A DNA stretch of 63,273 nt, filler included, from Reticulomyxa filosa (GCA_000512085.1; 16 parts of 16 records of this genome joined end to end with filler, not necessarily neighbours in it); one strand, 5' to 3'. Numbered from the whole stretch's first letter, positions 26,140 to 39,765 are shown. Numbers and translations are program-made. Notes: generated by a model not told the origin, from the sequence alone.

Positions 26140-26600
26140 ATCATTTATCAAAAACTGTTGTCAATAAACACTTTAGTACTGGATAATACATATAGCGGAA
26201 ATGAAGCAATTAACAAAACTAATAAAATACAAACTACAAAGATACAAAAAGATAATTAATTGATTTTGTATCGTTCAATTGATTGCCAAATTTATCACGA
26301 ATATTGCTTTTTTACAATAGAATTGATCAAATTGATAATAAGAATGCAAAATGTACTTGTACAAATTTAAAAAACAATATATTCGGACAATTGAAACATG
26401 ACATGCTAAATATTCATTATTGAAATATCTAAATCAAAGCTATAGACTTATTGTACAATGTGATACTTCTAATGATGCAATTGGTGCGGTGTTGTTACAA
26501 AATCAGCAATTAATCTTTGTTCATATACAGTTTATTTCTAAACAATTTAGTACAAATTAATTAAATTGGCACAAATACAAAAAAAAATTATATGTACTGT
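26140..26600 (+). mobile_element. Decayed Ty3/gypsy-type RT-RNase H relic
   Basis: LIVQCDTSNDAIGAVLLQ...IQFISKQFSTN*LNWHKYKKKLY fits the retroelement RNase H pattern (xDASxxAIGAVLxQ...ExELxA). Upstream thumb-like remnant IAKFITNIA. Confidence 0.75.
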
Positions 26601-26608
26601 AAATAAGT

Positions 26609-26668
26609 ACAGTATATTGCAAAAAAAACTGCCATTTAGGTATGGCAGTTTTTTTTGCAATCTACTGT
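26609..26668. repeat. Near-perfect inverted repeat, 27-bp arms and 6-nt loop
   Basis: ACAGTATATTGCAAAAAAAACTGCCAT-TTAGGT-ATGGCAGTTTTTTTTGCAATCTACTGT, one mismatch. Confidence 0.95.
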
Positions 26669-27016
26669 TTTCGTCTTAATTTAACTTTTGTTTATTTTGA
26701 AATTAGCTTAAAAGAGCTATTTCCTTTTCGGTGACCTTATCTCCACAAAGCTAACCGCAGAACTCGTGAAATCTAAGAAATATTTAACAGAAGAAATACC
26801 CCTTTTTTTAATAATAGCCAAAGGCTTTTAATTTTACTTAGTATTTTAATACATCGGATTTTTAATTGCACATATTTATTCGATATTAGCAACGTGTAAA
26901 AAATGATCGCTAAAAAAAAAATGCACTTTTGTTTGTTTACAAAGAAAATCAAAATCAATGGAAAAGCTAATCAAGCAAAGATAAGAGATAAAGATATTTG
27001 CGTGCAAATGGACAAT

Positions 27017-27680
27017 TTATTTTGTATTTTGTGAACGATTTTGTTTACACTGTTCGATGATTTGCAAGTCTTTTTGTAGCAAGGCATCATCATCTTCGTG
27101 TTTGGAGATGAGTGCAGTAAACTCTGGAGGCCGAGGTTTGGAGGCAAAAAAGTGAATACAATTTTCAAGCCATTGCAGAATGGGACCTTTGGGTGTTTCA
27201 ATATTGTTTGTGTCGGGTGTAAAAATATAGTTATATTTCACAAAATTATATAATTTGCTAGTGGCAATAAGCACGGCAAGAGACAGGAACGCAACCGCAA
27301 CAGCAATGACACCTCGCATTTCCATTTTCAATAGACTTACCTCTCCGAGTTGTTGGTCAGATTGTCGACGAATTTTTTTTTCAACAAAAGTGTCATCATC
27401 AGCCCAACGGGCTATTCCATCCTCATCATAGTAGTACTCATCCCCATATTCATCCGTCAATATCTCATATCTCTCTGCATTCAAGTCTCTTCTTCTTTTT
27501 TTAGATTCGTCTTCGCCCTCTTCTTTTTCTTCATTTCTTTGTTCTTTTCTTCCTCCTTTTACTTCTTCATTTTTTTCAGAGCCTCTTTCTTTGTTTTTCT
27601 CACTTGCTTTTTTATTTCTATTACGTCGGTCTACTTGTTCATTCCCATTACTATCATCTTTTCAATATTTTTTTAGCCAT
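27017..27680 (-). pseudogene. Unknown Lys/Glu-rich single-TM protein, 5' part interrupted by stops
   Basis: Coding-like composition from ATG 27680 with in-frame stops, then a 155-aa ORF with a hydrophobic segment (VIAVAVAFLSLAVLIA). Confidence 0.4.
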
Positions 27681-28482
27681 TTTGTGTACAACATTCCAAG
27701 GAAGAAAACGTTTGGAAGATTTATTATTTTATTAAAAAAAGGTCTTTTAGTCTCTCTCTCTTCTCACTAGCTCGGACATATTACCAGTTGATGTTCCTCT
27801 GGCAGAAAATATCCTCCAGTAATCCTTCCAATATACTGTAAAGAGCTCATTTAATTCATTTTTGAATATTGGGTTTACTGTCAATGCCTTTGTCGCTGAA
27901 ATGTCATTAACTGTCACTTCGTAGCATAAACGTCGGCTACAAACATTTGCGAGAGGATTCTTGTCAAAATTAAACTTCTTTCTTGTGAGGCCTATTTGCC
28001 GAAAATGAAAAAAACCAAAATGCCCATATTTTTATTTTTTTTAAATTTGTCGTACCAATAATTACCTGATCTTATCAAGCTCGACGTTAATTTGAACATA
28101 AATGTTTTTTTTTTTATCGCCCCTTTTTAGAAAGCGTCAAAATCAGCAACCCGGTCAGTTTTTCTTTCTCTTGAACAAACTTTAGTCCGTGAAATGTATT
28201 TTAAAATTTTCTTCGTTGCTACCACTAATCTTTTGCTTTTTCAATTAAAAGCAACATACACAGTGCCCTCTTATTGAACATTTAATTGTATTACTAGTAA
28301 TATTTTTGGGTAATGCTAGCTTAATGTTTGTTGCTATTAAGATACATTGAGCAATGTATCTTTCAAACATAGTGCAATTTTTTTTTAATGCAAGAGCAAT
28401 GTACCAGTGAAATTTCACGCATATATATCACGAGTTTTTTTTAAAGCGAAAAAAAAACACAGTTATAGTAAAAAAGAAAGTT

Positions 28483-29951
28483 TTATGCTAATTTTGTCTT
28501 CAAAATGTTCTCCAGTTTAATGGTATCTGCAGCAAACAAGCGAATGCCTTCAGCAAGCTTTTCTGTGGCCATGGCATCTTCTAATCACACATCAAAATTT
28601 TAAGAGTTATCATTTGTTTTTTTTTTTGGAGAAAAAAAAACTTAACGGCACATTCCATATCTGTAATTACTTTCAGTCACATCCAATTCTTTTTGGAATT
28701 CGCAGTCTTTGGCTGTTTCAGGATCCAGTTTACGTGGTAAAGAATCGTGAGAATCTTGCAACTCTTTCAAAAATTGAGGGGCAATGGTCAATCGATCACA
28801 CCCAGCCAAAGCAACAATCTGCTCTTTATTTCGAAAAGAGGCGCCCATCACAATAGTCTTAAAGCCAAATTTTTTGTAGTACTTGTAAATAGCTTCAACC
28901 GACTTTGGCCCTGGATCGTCTTTAATTGCAAAACCGCTTACTCCCTTTTCCTTTTTATACCAATCTGTTATTCGTCCAACAAAAGGAGAGATCAAATATG
29001 CCCCACCAATTTGGGCTGCTGCCGCTGCTTGCCAAATGCTGAACAATAAGGTCATATTACAGCGGATTCCTTTGTTTGTATCATTTAAAAAAGTTTAGAA
29101 ATTTCCTTGGAATTTTCTGATTTTATTTTTTTTAATTTTTTTTTTTTTAAAATTTTACCTTTAGTTTTAAGTTGTTTGCAAACTTGGAATCCCTCCCATG
29201 TAGAAGCCACTTTGATTAAAACTCGTTCTTTTGCATCTTTAACACCTAGTTCTTCATACATGGCAATGATGCGTTCGGCGCGTTGAACCGATTGCTTGGG
29301 GTCAAAAGACAAGCGAGCATCCAATTCAGTGCTGATATTCCCCGGGATAAGTTGCATAATTCTCAGCCCAAATTCGACAGCAATTCGGTCCAATGCCAGT
29401 CCCAACAACTCATCGGAGTCTTTTTTGTTGCATTTCTCCTTTGCATAGTCGCATGCCACATTCAATATTTTGTCGTATTCCGCATTTGTTTTCGCTTCGT
29501 CTGATTTCAATTTGTCTAGTGCCTTCAATACCAAACTTGGATTGGTTGTTGCATCCGTGGGTTTGTACAACTTCATTGCCTTTTTTATTTTGTTTGTGTT
29601 TTCATTGTTTTGTTGTCGGTCCCGTCTCCTATGCATTCAAAAGAGGAGGCAAGGAGCTGAAGAAAAAATATTTATTACACTCAAGCCGCTTTGACAAAAT
29701 GTTGTTTGATATGTGTTCATTTTAGAGGTATAATTGTTCATCCACTTACTTCAATTTCGCCAGTGTCAGCCACAACTATGGTCATTTTCTAATTGATCGG
29801 GTACGTTATGTCCAGTTCCAACAGAAAAACGCAAGAGATACATTATATCAAGCTCAACAAAAAAAAAAAAAAAAAAAAAGTATTGAAATGACAGTTTGTG
29901 ATATACCGCCAGCTGTTCCAGCTGAGAAGGTGTCGAAGTCGCTTGAGACAT
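28483..29951 (-). CDS. TAL1: Transaldolase, 5 exons
   Basis: [77 protein letters not shown]. Stop TAA 28483-28485. Confidence 0.95.
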
Positions 29952-30626
29952 TTCAAATCGAATTTATATTTCTTCCGGTGTGCTCCCTTTAGGCCCAAAA
30001 ATTTTTTAAAAACACGTCGAACTTATAAAAAAGGCCGCACTGAAAACTGCAAAAGTTCTTTAAATCCATTTAAATCGAACTTTTACTTGTTTGAAAAGAC
30101 CAAATCAACAGCAGATTTGATGGCTCTAAAATTTATTGTTTGTCGTGTGAGAATTTTTGCTCGTAATTGTAACATGAAAGAACTATGTATTGTAAACTCG
30201 AAGTTGTGTTTCGAAATTTTAGGCACGGTGATTTTCTTGGTAAAAGTCACTTTTGTATTTTACAAAAAAAAAATAAAAATAAAAAATTGCACATAATGCA
30301 TGTACGTGTGAGTTTGCTGTTCCGAGAGTCGCAGCAAAAGAACAGTAAACGTTGTAAATGCATTGAAGGTAATTGCAAATAATGATAATAATAATGAAAA
30401 AAAAATCAAAAAAGAACGCTTTATCCCTACCCACGAATTTTCAAATAGAGCCACCAAGAAAGAAAAAAAAAGAACACACCAAGTAATATTTGCAATATTG
30501 AAAGTGGATTTAGCAAACACACAAATACTTGCCAATGATGGAATCAAATTCGGAGATCCATCCATATCTTTTTGTCCCACATCCATCCCACCATTCTTTG
30601 ATAATGCGATCGACTAATTTTTGGGT

Positions 30627-30657
<31 letters not shown>

Positions 30658-31299
30658 GAGTTTGTTATAATTTTTATTTATTTTTGGATTTTTGTTTTGT
30701 TTTGAATTGTACAAACCAGCAGATGCAATAGTAAATGTGTGTGTTGCCGTTCAGAGTCCTGTCCTCTTCCGCCAAAGACATGAAGGGACGAAAAAGGATG
30801 AACGGCAANNNNNNNNNNNNNNNNNNNNNNNNNNNNNNNNNNNNNNNNNNNNTTAATTAATTAANNNNNNNNNNNNNNNNNNNNNNNNNNNNNNNNNNNN
30901 NNNNNNNNAGATATTTTGTCGTTCTCGATAATGAGACGACATTAGTAATATTGTATTTTTTTTTTTCCGGTCGACAAAGCAAATGATATATGGAGGAGCA
31001 CAAAGTCGAAACTGGAAAGAATGTGGCTCCAAAAAAAACATCAATAAAGTCGAGGTCGGCGCGTGTTTAGATCAAAGATTGATTTGCTGATTGTCCAATT
31101 TCGTTTCATTTGAATCACCGATGCAAATGGCAAGATGAAATTTTGGCATTGGTTTTGTGTTATCTGTAATAATAAACAACAAATAAATAAATATGTATAT
31201 GTTTATATTTATACTTATTATTATATTTATAATAATTTGTTTTTGTGATCAATATTAGATTTGTTGGCTGTAAATTCAAAGATTAGAGTATATGCGAAA

Positions 31300-32990
31300 A
31301 AGTGGTGATTGATTTATCATATAACTGCTTGTATTTTGTACAAGAAATACAATATCAAATGCAGTGATCCAAATAGAAAAAGGCAGCTATACAGAATTGA
31401 AAGCTTGCAAAGATGATGAATTTCAACGACGATTGGTAAAGCGATCGAATACTTGCAAGGAAAACAACGATTGGAGCTATATAACAAAAAGATAGAAAAG
31501 AAACGCTTGATAGTGAATGAAAAAAGTGTAACCATATTGTTTAATGAAAAATACCATCTGATTCTTCCCACGACTATTGACCCGGATGCTTTCAATAGGA
31601 GACCATATTCGAACAAGAATTGGAACAATTTGCTTCCGAGGAAAAGTCGATTCCAAATACCAAATTGCCATTGCCATTGAGTTGGAAGATTGCAAGCCAT
31701 TAAAGAATTCATGGCTATTTACATTGGCAAGACTGATTCGACGCTTGAGCGAGTTTTGCTGCTTGTGCTTGGGCCAGTGCGACGGAGTCCAGTACCGCTT
31801 CCAGTTTGTCAACAAAGTGAAAGTGATTCTTGCAAAATGTAGTGATGTCAAGTTCATTGGATTTATGGAAGCGATCATTTTGTGGTTGATCAATGGAGAA
31901 AGGGGCACATGACAGATAAAGGGGCGCATGACTGATAAAGGGGCTGCGACAGAGAAAGGGACACATGACGGAAAATTCCATGTCGTGGGGGGTACCAACG
32001 GCGACCGTGGTAGGACCAGCACAAGAAGCAAAAAGCTTCAAAGTTGGCGACAGTGTTCGTAAAGGTGCCGCGAAATGGGTTGGAGAACGACTTTAGTCGA
32101 GACAGGAAACGAGACCCGAACTCGATAATTGATGGACCGATGATTATGGTGGAAGAAATACTCCAAGTTCGCAACAACAGTAAAAAGAATCTACTTATCT
32201 TGTGTTATCATATTTGTGCTTGTTTCAATACAGTCACCGAAAACAGTGGATGCTCGTGAAAGACAATACGAGGAAGGCACTCGGCCAGTGAACAGAAGCA
32301 AGACAAAATATCTTTGGACGAGATCAAAAAAAGATTGAAGATACAGAACGAGAGCGCGAGGAAGAAGCAGAAGTGAACAAAAATAAAGACGATAAAGCCA
32401 GGCATGGACGCGCAAAAAGCACGGTCGCGAATTTCTTAGATGTGGCTGTCGGCGATCGAGTTCAAATATTGGCAAGTGGTATGATTTATTTATTCGCTTT
32501 GAGAAGAAAAAGCCTTTGATTAATGTTGAATTTTATTTCAATGTTAGAAAGCAGACCGATGCAGCAATGATAACGATTTCGATGACGAAGACTGGACAAC
32601 ACCACGTATCCGATCTTGAATTGCACTTTCGGTTATGGCGCTTGTGGAGGTGAAGTTTTTCAAGGGAAAGTAGGAGTGGCGAAATACATTGGAGAAACAG
32701 ATTTGATGAAAGGAGACCGATTTGGAGTTGAACACATGGAACCCTTACGGCACAATGGCACATCGTGAATGTATGCCGTGGCAATTTCACTCGAGAGTCT
32801 CAATTTCTCAAGGAGGGACGACAAGTATCTCAAGTACATTGGCTATTCTCATTTTTGCATAGAGTGAAGTTATTTGCATTGAATTAAATTTGTTCTTTTA
32901 GAAATAATTTATTAAATATATAATGCTATGTTGTGTTTTCTTTGTAGACATATAGACTCCTGGTGCTCATGATGTCGATACCGCTATTTT
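31300..32990 (+). pseudogene. Multi-CAP-Gly domain gene, heavily disrupted
   Basis: LSIGDHIRTRIGTICFRGKVD...IAIELE, DVKFIGF...EKGTHDGK and KVGVAKYIGETDLMKGDRFGVE...HNGT lie in different frames with stops. Confidence 0.65.
31896..31969 (+). repeat. Four tandem ~19-bp units GA(G/T)AAAGGG(G/A)CACATGAC
   Basis: Units start at 31896, 31915, 31934 and 31952. Confidence 0.85.
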
Positions 32991-33191
32991 CAGGTGTTNN
33001 NNNNNNNNNNNNNNNNNNNNNNNNNNNNNNNNNNNNNNNNNNTTAATTAATTAANNNNNNNNNNNNNNNNNNNNNNNNNNNNNNNNNNNNNNNNNNNNAA
33101 AAAAAAAAAAAAAAATTGTTTTTTTTTTTTTTTTTTTTTTTTCCTCCTCTCATCCCTCCCCCCCCTTTCTCCTTAAAATTAAAATTACACA

Positions 33192-34156
33192 TTGGAAACA
33201 CATTCGCAAATGAACAGGAAAAATGCTTATGATTGTCTGTTTCAATTGTTTGATCCAATTGACTTTATTCCGAATACAAAACTGAAACTGAAGACCAAAT
33301 TCTCAAAAACCACGACCAATTTGCAACCATCGGTCGATGAAGAGAAAGCAAACACGACAGCGATGGACAAGCCAGGTGAGGAAGATTGTGACAATACGTT
33401 GTCAAAGATAATGCCAATACCAATACCAATACCAATACCAATGGCAATGGCGATGGAAATAACGACGGTAACAACGACAATGACAATGACAATCCCAACG
33501 AGGATGGTACACGAATCACAAAAATTAGATGCCAGTGAGATCTTGCGCTGGGAATTATTGGCCACCATGTTTCATCAGATTGACAAACGTCAGCGTCGTT
33601 TGATCATTTGCGTCGACAAGTTCTGGAACAAGGTCCGCATTGCAATGTACGAACACGCGTCAGCCAGATATGTTGCCTCGTTTCATCCGTACTTGTGGGA
33701 CGAGTTGCAACAATGGCAAAAGAAGGCCGAAAAGGAACGATTGAAACAAAAGGAAGCGTATCACGATATGGTCAAAAAACAACAGCAGTTGCGCATGCAA
33801 ATCCTCCATGGATTGCCCATTCACACTCATTCTTTTAAAACTTCCACGCATAAAGTATCTTCCAAGTCCAAAGATAAAAAAAAGACTCTAAACAATGCCT
33901 TATCCACCTCCACCTCCACCTCTTCTGCTGTTAAAAAACTGGCATCGATTGGAGGAAAGGAGGACCAAGTGACCACCAAAGGAAAACCACTGACCACAAA
34001 GACAAGTGATATTTCTGTCGTCGACCCTCTTCACACAAAAAAGCAGCCACCTGAAGAACCCTCACATTCTAGCTTACTCTCACAATCGAGCAAATTATCC
34101 TCTTCCATTGAAAGTTAGTGCAAATTGTTTTATATATGTACATATATACATATATG

Positions 34157-34194
<38 letters not shown>

Positions 34195-35194
34195 AATGTC
34201 CTTGTCACAATATTCATTGCTGATGGAAATACAGAATCAAAAGATGAATTGCACGAAGATACGAAAAAAGGAAAAGAAGAGCGTTCCTCAACAAAGTCTG
34301 CATTATCCCCCAATGACGGTGATAAAACAGCGATAAAGAAAGACGAAGATTTGAAAAAGAAACAAGATGCAGTTACTTCAAAAGGGAAAGTGTCTTCCAT
34401 TTCTGCAACCACAACATCCAGCCAACAGAAAAAATCTACCCCTATTACAAGTTCCAATGTAAATGCGAATATCAATCCAAATATTAATGCAACTGCAAAT
34501 GCAAATGCAAATGCAAATACAAATGCAAATATCAATGGAATGGTCCCTTATCCAATGACATTTGCTGCCCCTTGGTCGGCAACTGTGACGTATCCGTTTG
34601 CATCGAACATGTATGCTCCATATCCCTTTTATTCGCTGGACAACAGCAATGGATGGAATGTGTACGCATCGCCGTATTTCCCGTCCACGACAATGGCCTT
34701 TGCGAAGCCAGGCGCGGAAGAATACGCCTACGAACAATACGCTTTGCCAGTGCCGGCCATGCCTCCTCACAATGGAGGAAGCCATTCGTTCCGACCGACC
34801 AACGCCTTCCACGATTACTCGTCATTGTCATCGTCATCGTCTTCGACGTGGAATTGGAACGCAGCCAACGGATATTCGTGGAAGTCGCACTCGAGAACGA
34901 CATACTCTTCGAATCCACAGCGAACACTTCCATCTCCGTATCATGTACTTGTGTCGGAATCACACAGTTGAGCGAGGCCATTTTGTGTATATATATACAT
35001 ATATATATATATATGTATATGCCATATGTTTTTTCTGTCTTACACTTGTTCCATTCGGGAGCAGTTTTGAAATGGCATTCACAAAAACAATCATAAAGAA
35101 AAGGAAGAAGGACAAGGAGAAAGAGAAAGAGAAAAAGAAAAAAACAAAGATAAAGACAAAGACAGAGAGAGAAGCAATAACAATAGTAATAACA

Positions 35195-35235
<41 letters not shown>

Positions 35236-36845
35236 GAAAAAGTAAAAAAAAAAGAGGGAGTAAACACCTCGTTCATAGACGATACCAGAATTGGAAGGAT
35301 GTCCAAAGAATTAAAAGGGAACAATGGTGGGACGAAAGACCATGGCTATTCCTGCAAGAACGAAAGTGAGACGAGCAATGACAAAGACATGACCAACGAA
35401 CAGGTTCGAAGGTTCATCAGCTTGCCCTGTCCTCCGCAGTATTGGATCCAACGCCAAATGGATCGTCGGAAAGAACAACTGGACCGCTATCGCCAAATCG
35501 ATCAAATGGCGCTCAAAGTGCAGACCGAAGATCAAAACACTCGCAACGCGATTCGAGAGGAAATGTTGCAAAAGATCAGAGCCAAAAAAATAGAGTTGGA
35601 TCAAAAGTTTGAAATTGAAAAGCGACAACAAGAGCTCGCAAACAAGGGCAATTCAACAAACACTCGTTTGTCCTCCACTGTGGTTAACAATTCCAGCAAT
35701 GTAGTAGTAGTAGGTTCCAAAGGCATTCCCAAGCATGAGTCTATGGCCAAAGAGACCAATGCCTTGTCATTCACAATCGAAGTGCCAATGGGCGTATCCC
35801 AACGTAACACGGCGATAAGACAAGAAAAAGGGAGAATTGGTGATGACTCCCGCAATGTTATGGCTATGAATGAAGAGGAACTGAACCAAGAAGAGGAAGA
35901 AAACGACGAAGGACAATCCCAGATATCCCAAGATCCCTCTCATTATTCATTGGGATTGACACCGTCGAATCAAATGCAAATGAAATTATGGGACAAAATT
36001 GTGGAAGACGATCGTCAAAGCTTGAATAGTTTGGGCATTGACAAATTCGATGACCTGAGACTGCGTAAACATTTGGAATTTATGGCATTGGGCCGTAAGG
36101 GCGGTCGTGTGTCAACCCACCATATGGACTCGGACGGCATTGTCAGCGGTGACATGAGTCTTGGTGGTGTGGGCGCTAATGTCGATATCGATATTGATGT
36201 CGATGCTGATGCTAATGCTAATGCTAACGTTGATACTAACGCTGATGCTGATGCTAACGCTGATGCTGATGCTGATGTTGATGTTGGTGGATTGGAGGGT
36301 GACAATAAACATTCAAATGTATCGTTTTCTCCGAAAAGTGGTTACTCTCATATCGGTTATTACTCTCAGCGCTATGCGGGTCGCGCCGCAAAGACGCAAA
36401 GGCATGGCACTTTGAATGAAGCACAACTGCGAGCACACAACTCGCGTTACATGACGTCGAATTCGCATCAATATTCGCTCCCACAACCGCTTGCTGTCCG
36501 CCATTCTCCCTATTATCACCATTACCATCACCATCATCATTATCATCATTACAAAGAACACGAAAATGGAAGACCCTTTGACGAACCACCCAGCGAAAAA
36601 AAGAAAACGTACGATGCTAATTATAAGGGACATGCCATATCACAAGCAACAAACCATCCTTCCTCCCCTTCACACATTGCCTCCGATACATCCTTTTACG
36701 AACCGCTGACCAAACATAAGACAATTGTCGAAGACGATAAACGCTATGGATCGAGCAACGACGCCAACATCAAGCATAAACATCACCAAAACAACAACAA
36801 TGGCAACAATAACAATAACAATAACAATAACAATAACAATAACAA
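33192..36845 (+). CDS. Large low-complexity protein of unknown function, multi-exon, partial
   Basis: Three long ORFs (308, 240 and 532 aa) separated by (TA)n- or (AAT)n-rich introns. Coiled-coil segments and dipeptide repeats. Confidence 0.6.
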
Positions 36846-38045
36846 NNNNNNNNNNNNNNNNNNNNNNNNNNNNNNNNNNNNNNNNNNNNTTAATTAATTA
36901 ANNNNNNNNNNNNNNNNNNNNNNNNNNNNNNNNNNNNNNNNNNNNTGATTGTTCAACAAGTATGAACATAGATACTACTAATTGCGCAAATAATGGCGAA
37001 CATTTGATATGTGGTTGATACTTAAATGACAACATTACATTATGCATATCGATGATTGGCCTGTCAATTGCGTAAATAAGTGATTTCGTTAATGATGTTG
37101 ATATTAAGAAAGTGATAGTAGTAATATCAGCGTCATTGTCAGTGAATGCAGTAATTAGTCGATACGTCTATGTTTTGTTAGAATAATTTGAATATATATT
37201 GATCGGACTTTGTAGACAATTGCATTTACTTGATCAAAGATACATTAATGTATTGAAGTATGTTTATGATCGAACAGTTACTGTATTATTTTGTTAAAAT
37301 TTGTACAACTGAATCAATAAACTATCGAATTTATATTTGAGTTATCGTATTAACCATAATCAGTTTGTTGGACATACTTACTAAAAGATAATTTGTTTGA
37401 TCGATTCAGCGCAAATTTATGCAAATTAATCATAGATAATACTATCAAACGTTTGAACTTGCGTTTCATAGTATATGTAAAATTGAAATTATCACTATAT
37501 TGACTATGATAGTTTTACTACTATATATGATAAAAGAATCAATAACTGCATAATCAAGATGTTGAAATGAATATTTAAAGCTAAATAGATTACAAACGTT
37601 ATTATATGACAGAAATCTGAAATTATTTTCAAATAGTTATAATTCATGACTAAGTGCATCACTATGTTCGCATATGAAGTGATTAAATATATGTTACTGA
37701 ACAAACACTAATACAAATAACTAGTAATTTGCCATTTACGCTATCTAGTATAAAAGCAAATGCTGAAATTGCAACAACAAAATTAAATGAAAATAATGAT
37801 AATACAATTATCAATAAACTCAAATTCAAAAAGAAAAATAACTGCAAAAATTAATACGAAATATTTTGCAAATTATTAAATTTTTACTTATTTTGAGAAT
37901 GCACATTTAATCAATTATACATTATTTGATAATCATTCGTTTTCTNNNNNNNNNNNNNNNNNNNNNNNNNNNNNNNNNNNNNNNNNNNNTTAATTAATTA
38001 ANNNNNNNNNNNNNNNNNNNNNNNNNNNNNNNNNNNNNNNNNNNN

Positions 38046-38541
38046 TGGATATACTATTTGTTCTGGATCATATGATCAAACTATTCGAACATGGGATATT
38101 GAAACAACAAAACCATTGAATATATTCAAAGGGCATCAACACTGGATTAAAAGTGTAAAATATGGATCAGATAAATTATTGAATACAATATTATCTGGAT
38201 CAGTTGATACAAGTGTTCGTTTGTGGGATATTCGAACTGGTGAACAAATTCAAGTATTCAATGGACATACAAGTGTTGTATGTTCTGTTTTATATACACC
38301 ATTTTTTATAAGTGATGATATTAGTGTTGTTAATTATGATTCCAATGTTATATGCTCTGGATCATTGGATAATACAATTCGTTTTTGGGATATTCGATCA
38401 AATAAAAATGAATTGTTTATAATTCATGAGCATAAAAAAGAAAATTATAATGGAATTTTAACGATGAAAATAATTAAAAGAAAAAATAATATTCATTTAT
38501 GTTATGGCTCAATGAATAGTCATATTTATGTTTTAGGTTAA
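38046..38541 (+). CDS. WD40 family member, 3' fragment (same family as 1984-3683)
   Basis: [48 protein letters not shown]. Confidence 0.85.
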
Positions 38542-38639
38542 TTTTTTTTAAATTTATTAAGTAATCCATTTTTTCAAATGACTCTTTGTAAAATTTATTT
38601 CTAAACTTTTTATCTTTCTCGTTTAAAAAAACAAAAAAT

Positions 38640-39765
38640 CTGGTAATGTCTCAACCAGTGCGATTGGTCAAGGAAGTGCCAATTCAAACACTGAACAAGG
38701 CAATGAGCAACAGCAAGCAAAAACCGGTAAACCGTTGTACAATGAGTTAAAAAGACAACAAAGTGCAACCAAGTTTCAAGATCCAATCACTTCTTCCATT
38801 GCAAGTCAAGATGAGGTTATTTATGTCGTATTAATACACATATATTTATTTATAATTTTTTTTTTTTTTTAAATCCTTTGGATATATTATGTGCATATAT
38901 AAATAGAGGTATTTTGAACCGATTCGTGTACAATACTTCCGAGACGTGCCGATAGCTGACCTGGAGACAGTATTTCCTTGCAAACGATTGTCTTTGAAAA
39001 CAATCGACCGCATTTACTTTATCATGGTTGTCGTTCTCGGCATGTACTATCTCATTAAAGAGATGTTCACCAAACATACAGGCACACTATGGCATCATGC
39101 TATTCTTGTTGGCTGTGCCGCTCTGGTCTTTCGTGCTGTCGCATGGTACCGAGTTTTGTTTGATTTTTATTATTATTATATTTGTTAAAAAAAATTTGCT
39201 TTGTTAGACACAAGAGACACTCTATAATGCGGTGTTGAACGAGACGCTGTTTGATTCTAACATTGCCTGTGATTTATCTGCCTTGTTGAATCTTATCGAT
39301 TCATGTAACACTCAAGACCTCTTAGAAACAGTCATTGCGTATTTTGCTTTGCTTCAGGATGTTACGTAGATCTTTGCATGTGTGCAACTATTATTTTTTC
39401 AGAGCTTGGAGAAGAATGAAATCATACGTACACAATTATATACACAGAAAGAAAAAGGCGCGTTGGCAACGCCTGAGGAAGTTGATAAATACTGTGAAAA
39501 AATGCTGAAGGATAAATTTGGTGCCAAAATCGATATTGAAATCAATGACTCGATGAAGAAATTAAAAGCGTTGGGATTGGTGGAAGAAAAACTCGATATT
39601 AGCAACGACAGTCAACCCTCTTTAATTGTAAAGCCTTTGAGAGAAGGTATCGATTGTGTTCATCGTCACTGGATGAGCTTCACCTCCTCCTTTCAACAAT
39701 TGCAGAGGATTGCGGCCACTGACACAAACCAAATCCTTGAAGAAAAGAAGAGTAATATTCCTTAG
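38640..39765 (+). CDS. TMEM143/DUF3754-like protein, C-terminal half, spliced
   Basis: YFRDVPIADLETVFP, two TM segments, LLNLIDSCNTQDLLETVIAYFALL, VDKYCEKMLKDKFGAKIDIEINDSMKKLKALGLV. No N-terminal half visible. Confidence 0.75.

Noticed and set aside
30185-30808. Protein-coding gene
   Set aside because: Coding-like patches on both strands, but no motif or consistent splice model that I can support.
33242-36709. Many overlapping antisense and alternate-frame ORFs
   Set aside because: Shadow ORFs from microsatellites and stop-poor low-complexity coding DNA. The same applies to most short F/L/I-rich ORFs in the track.
36946-37945. Reverse transcriptase relic (HIDD at ~37045)
   Set aside because: Only a four-residue resemblance with no supporting motifs. 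Left as unclassified AT-rich DNA.
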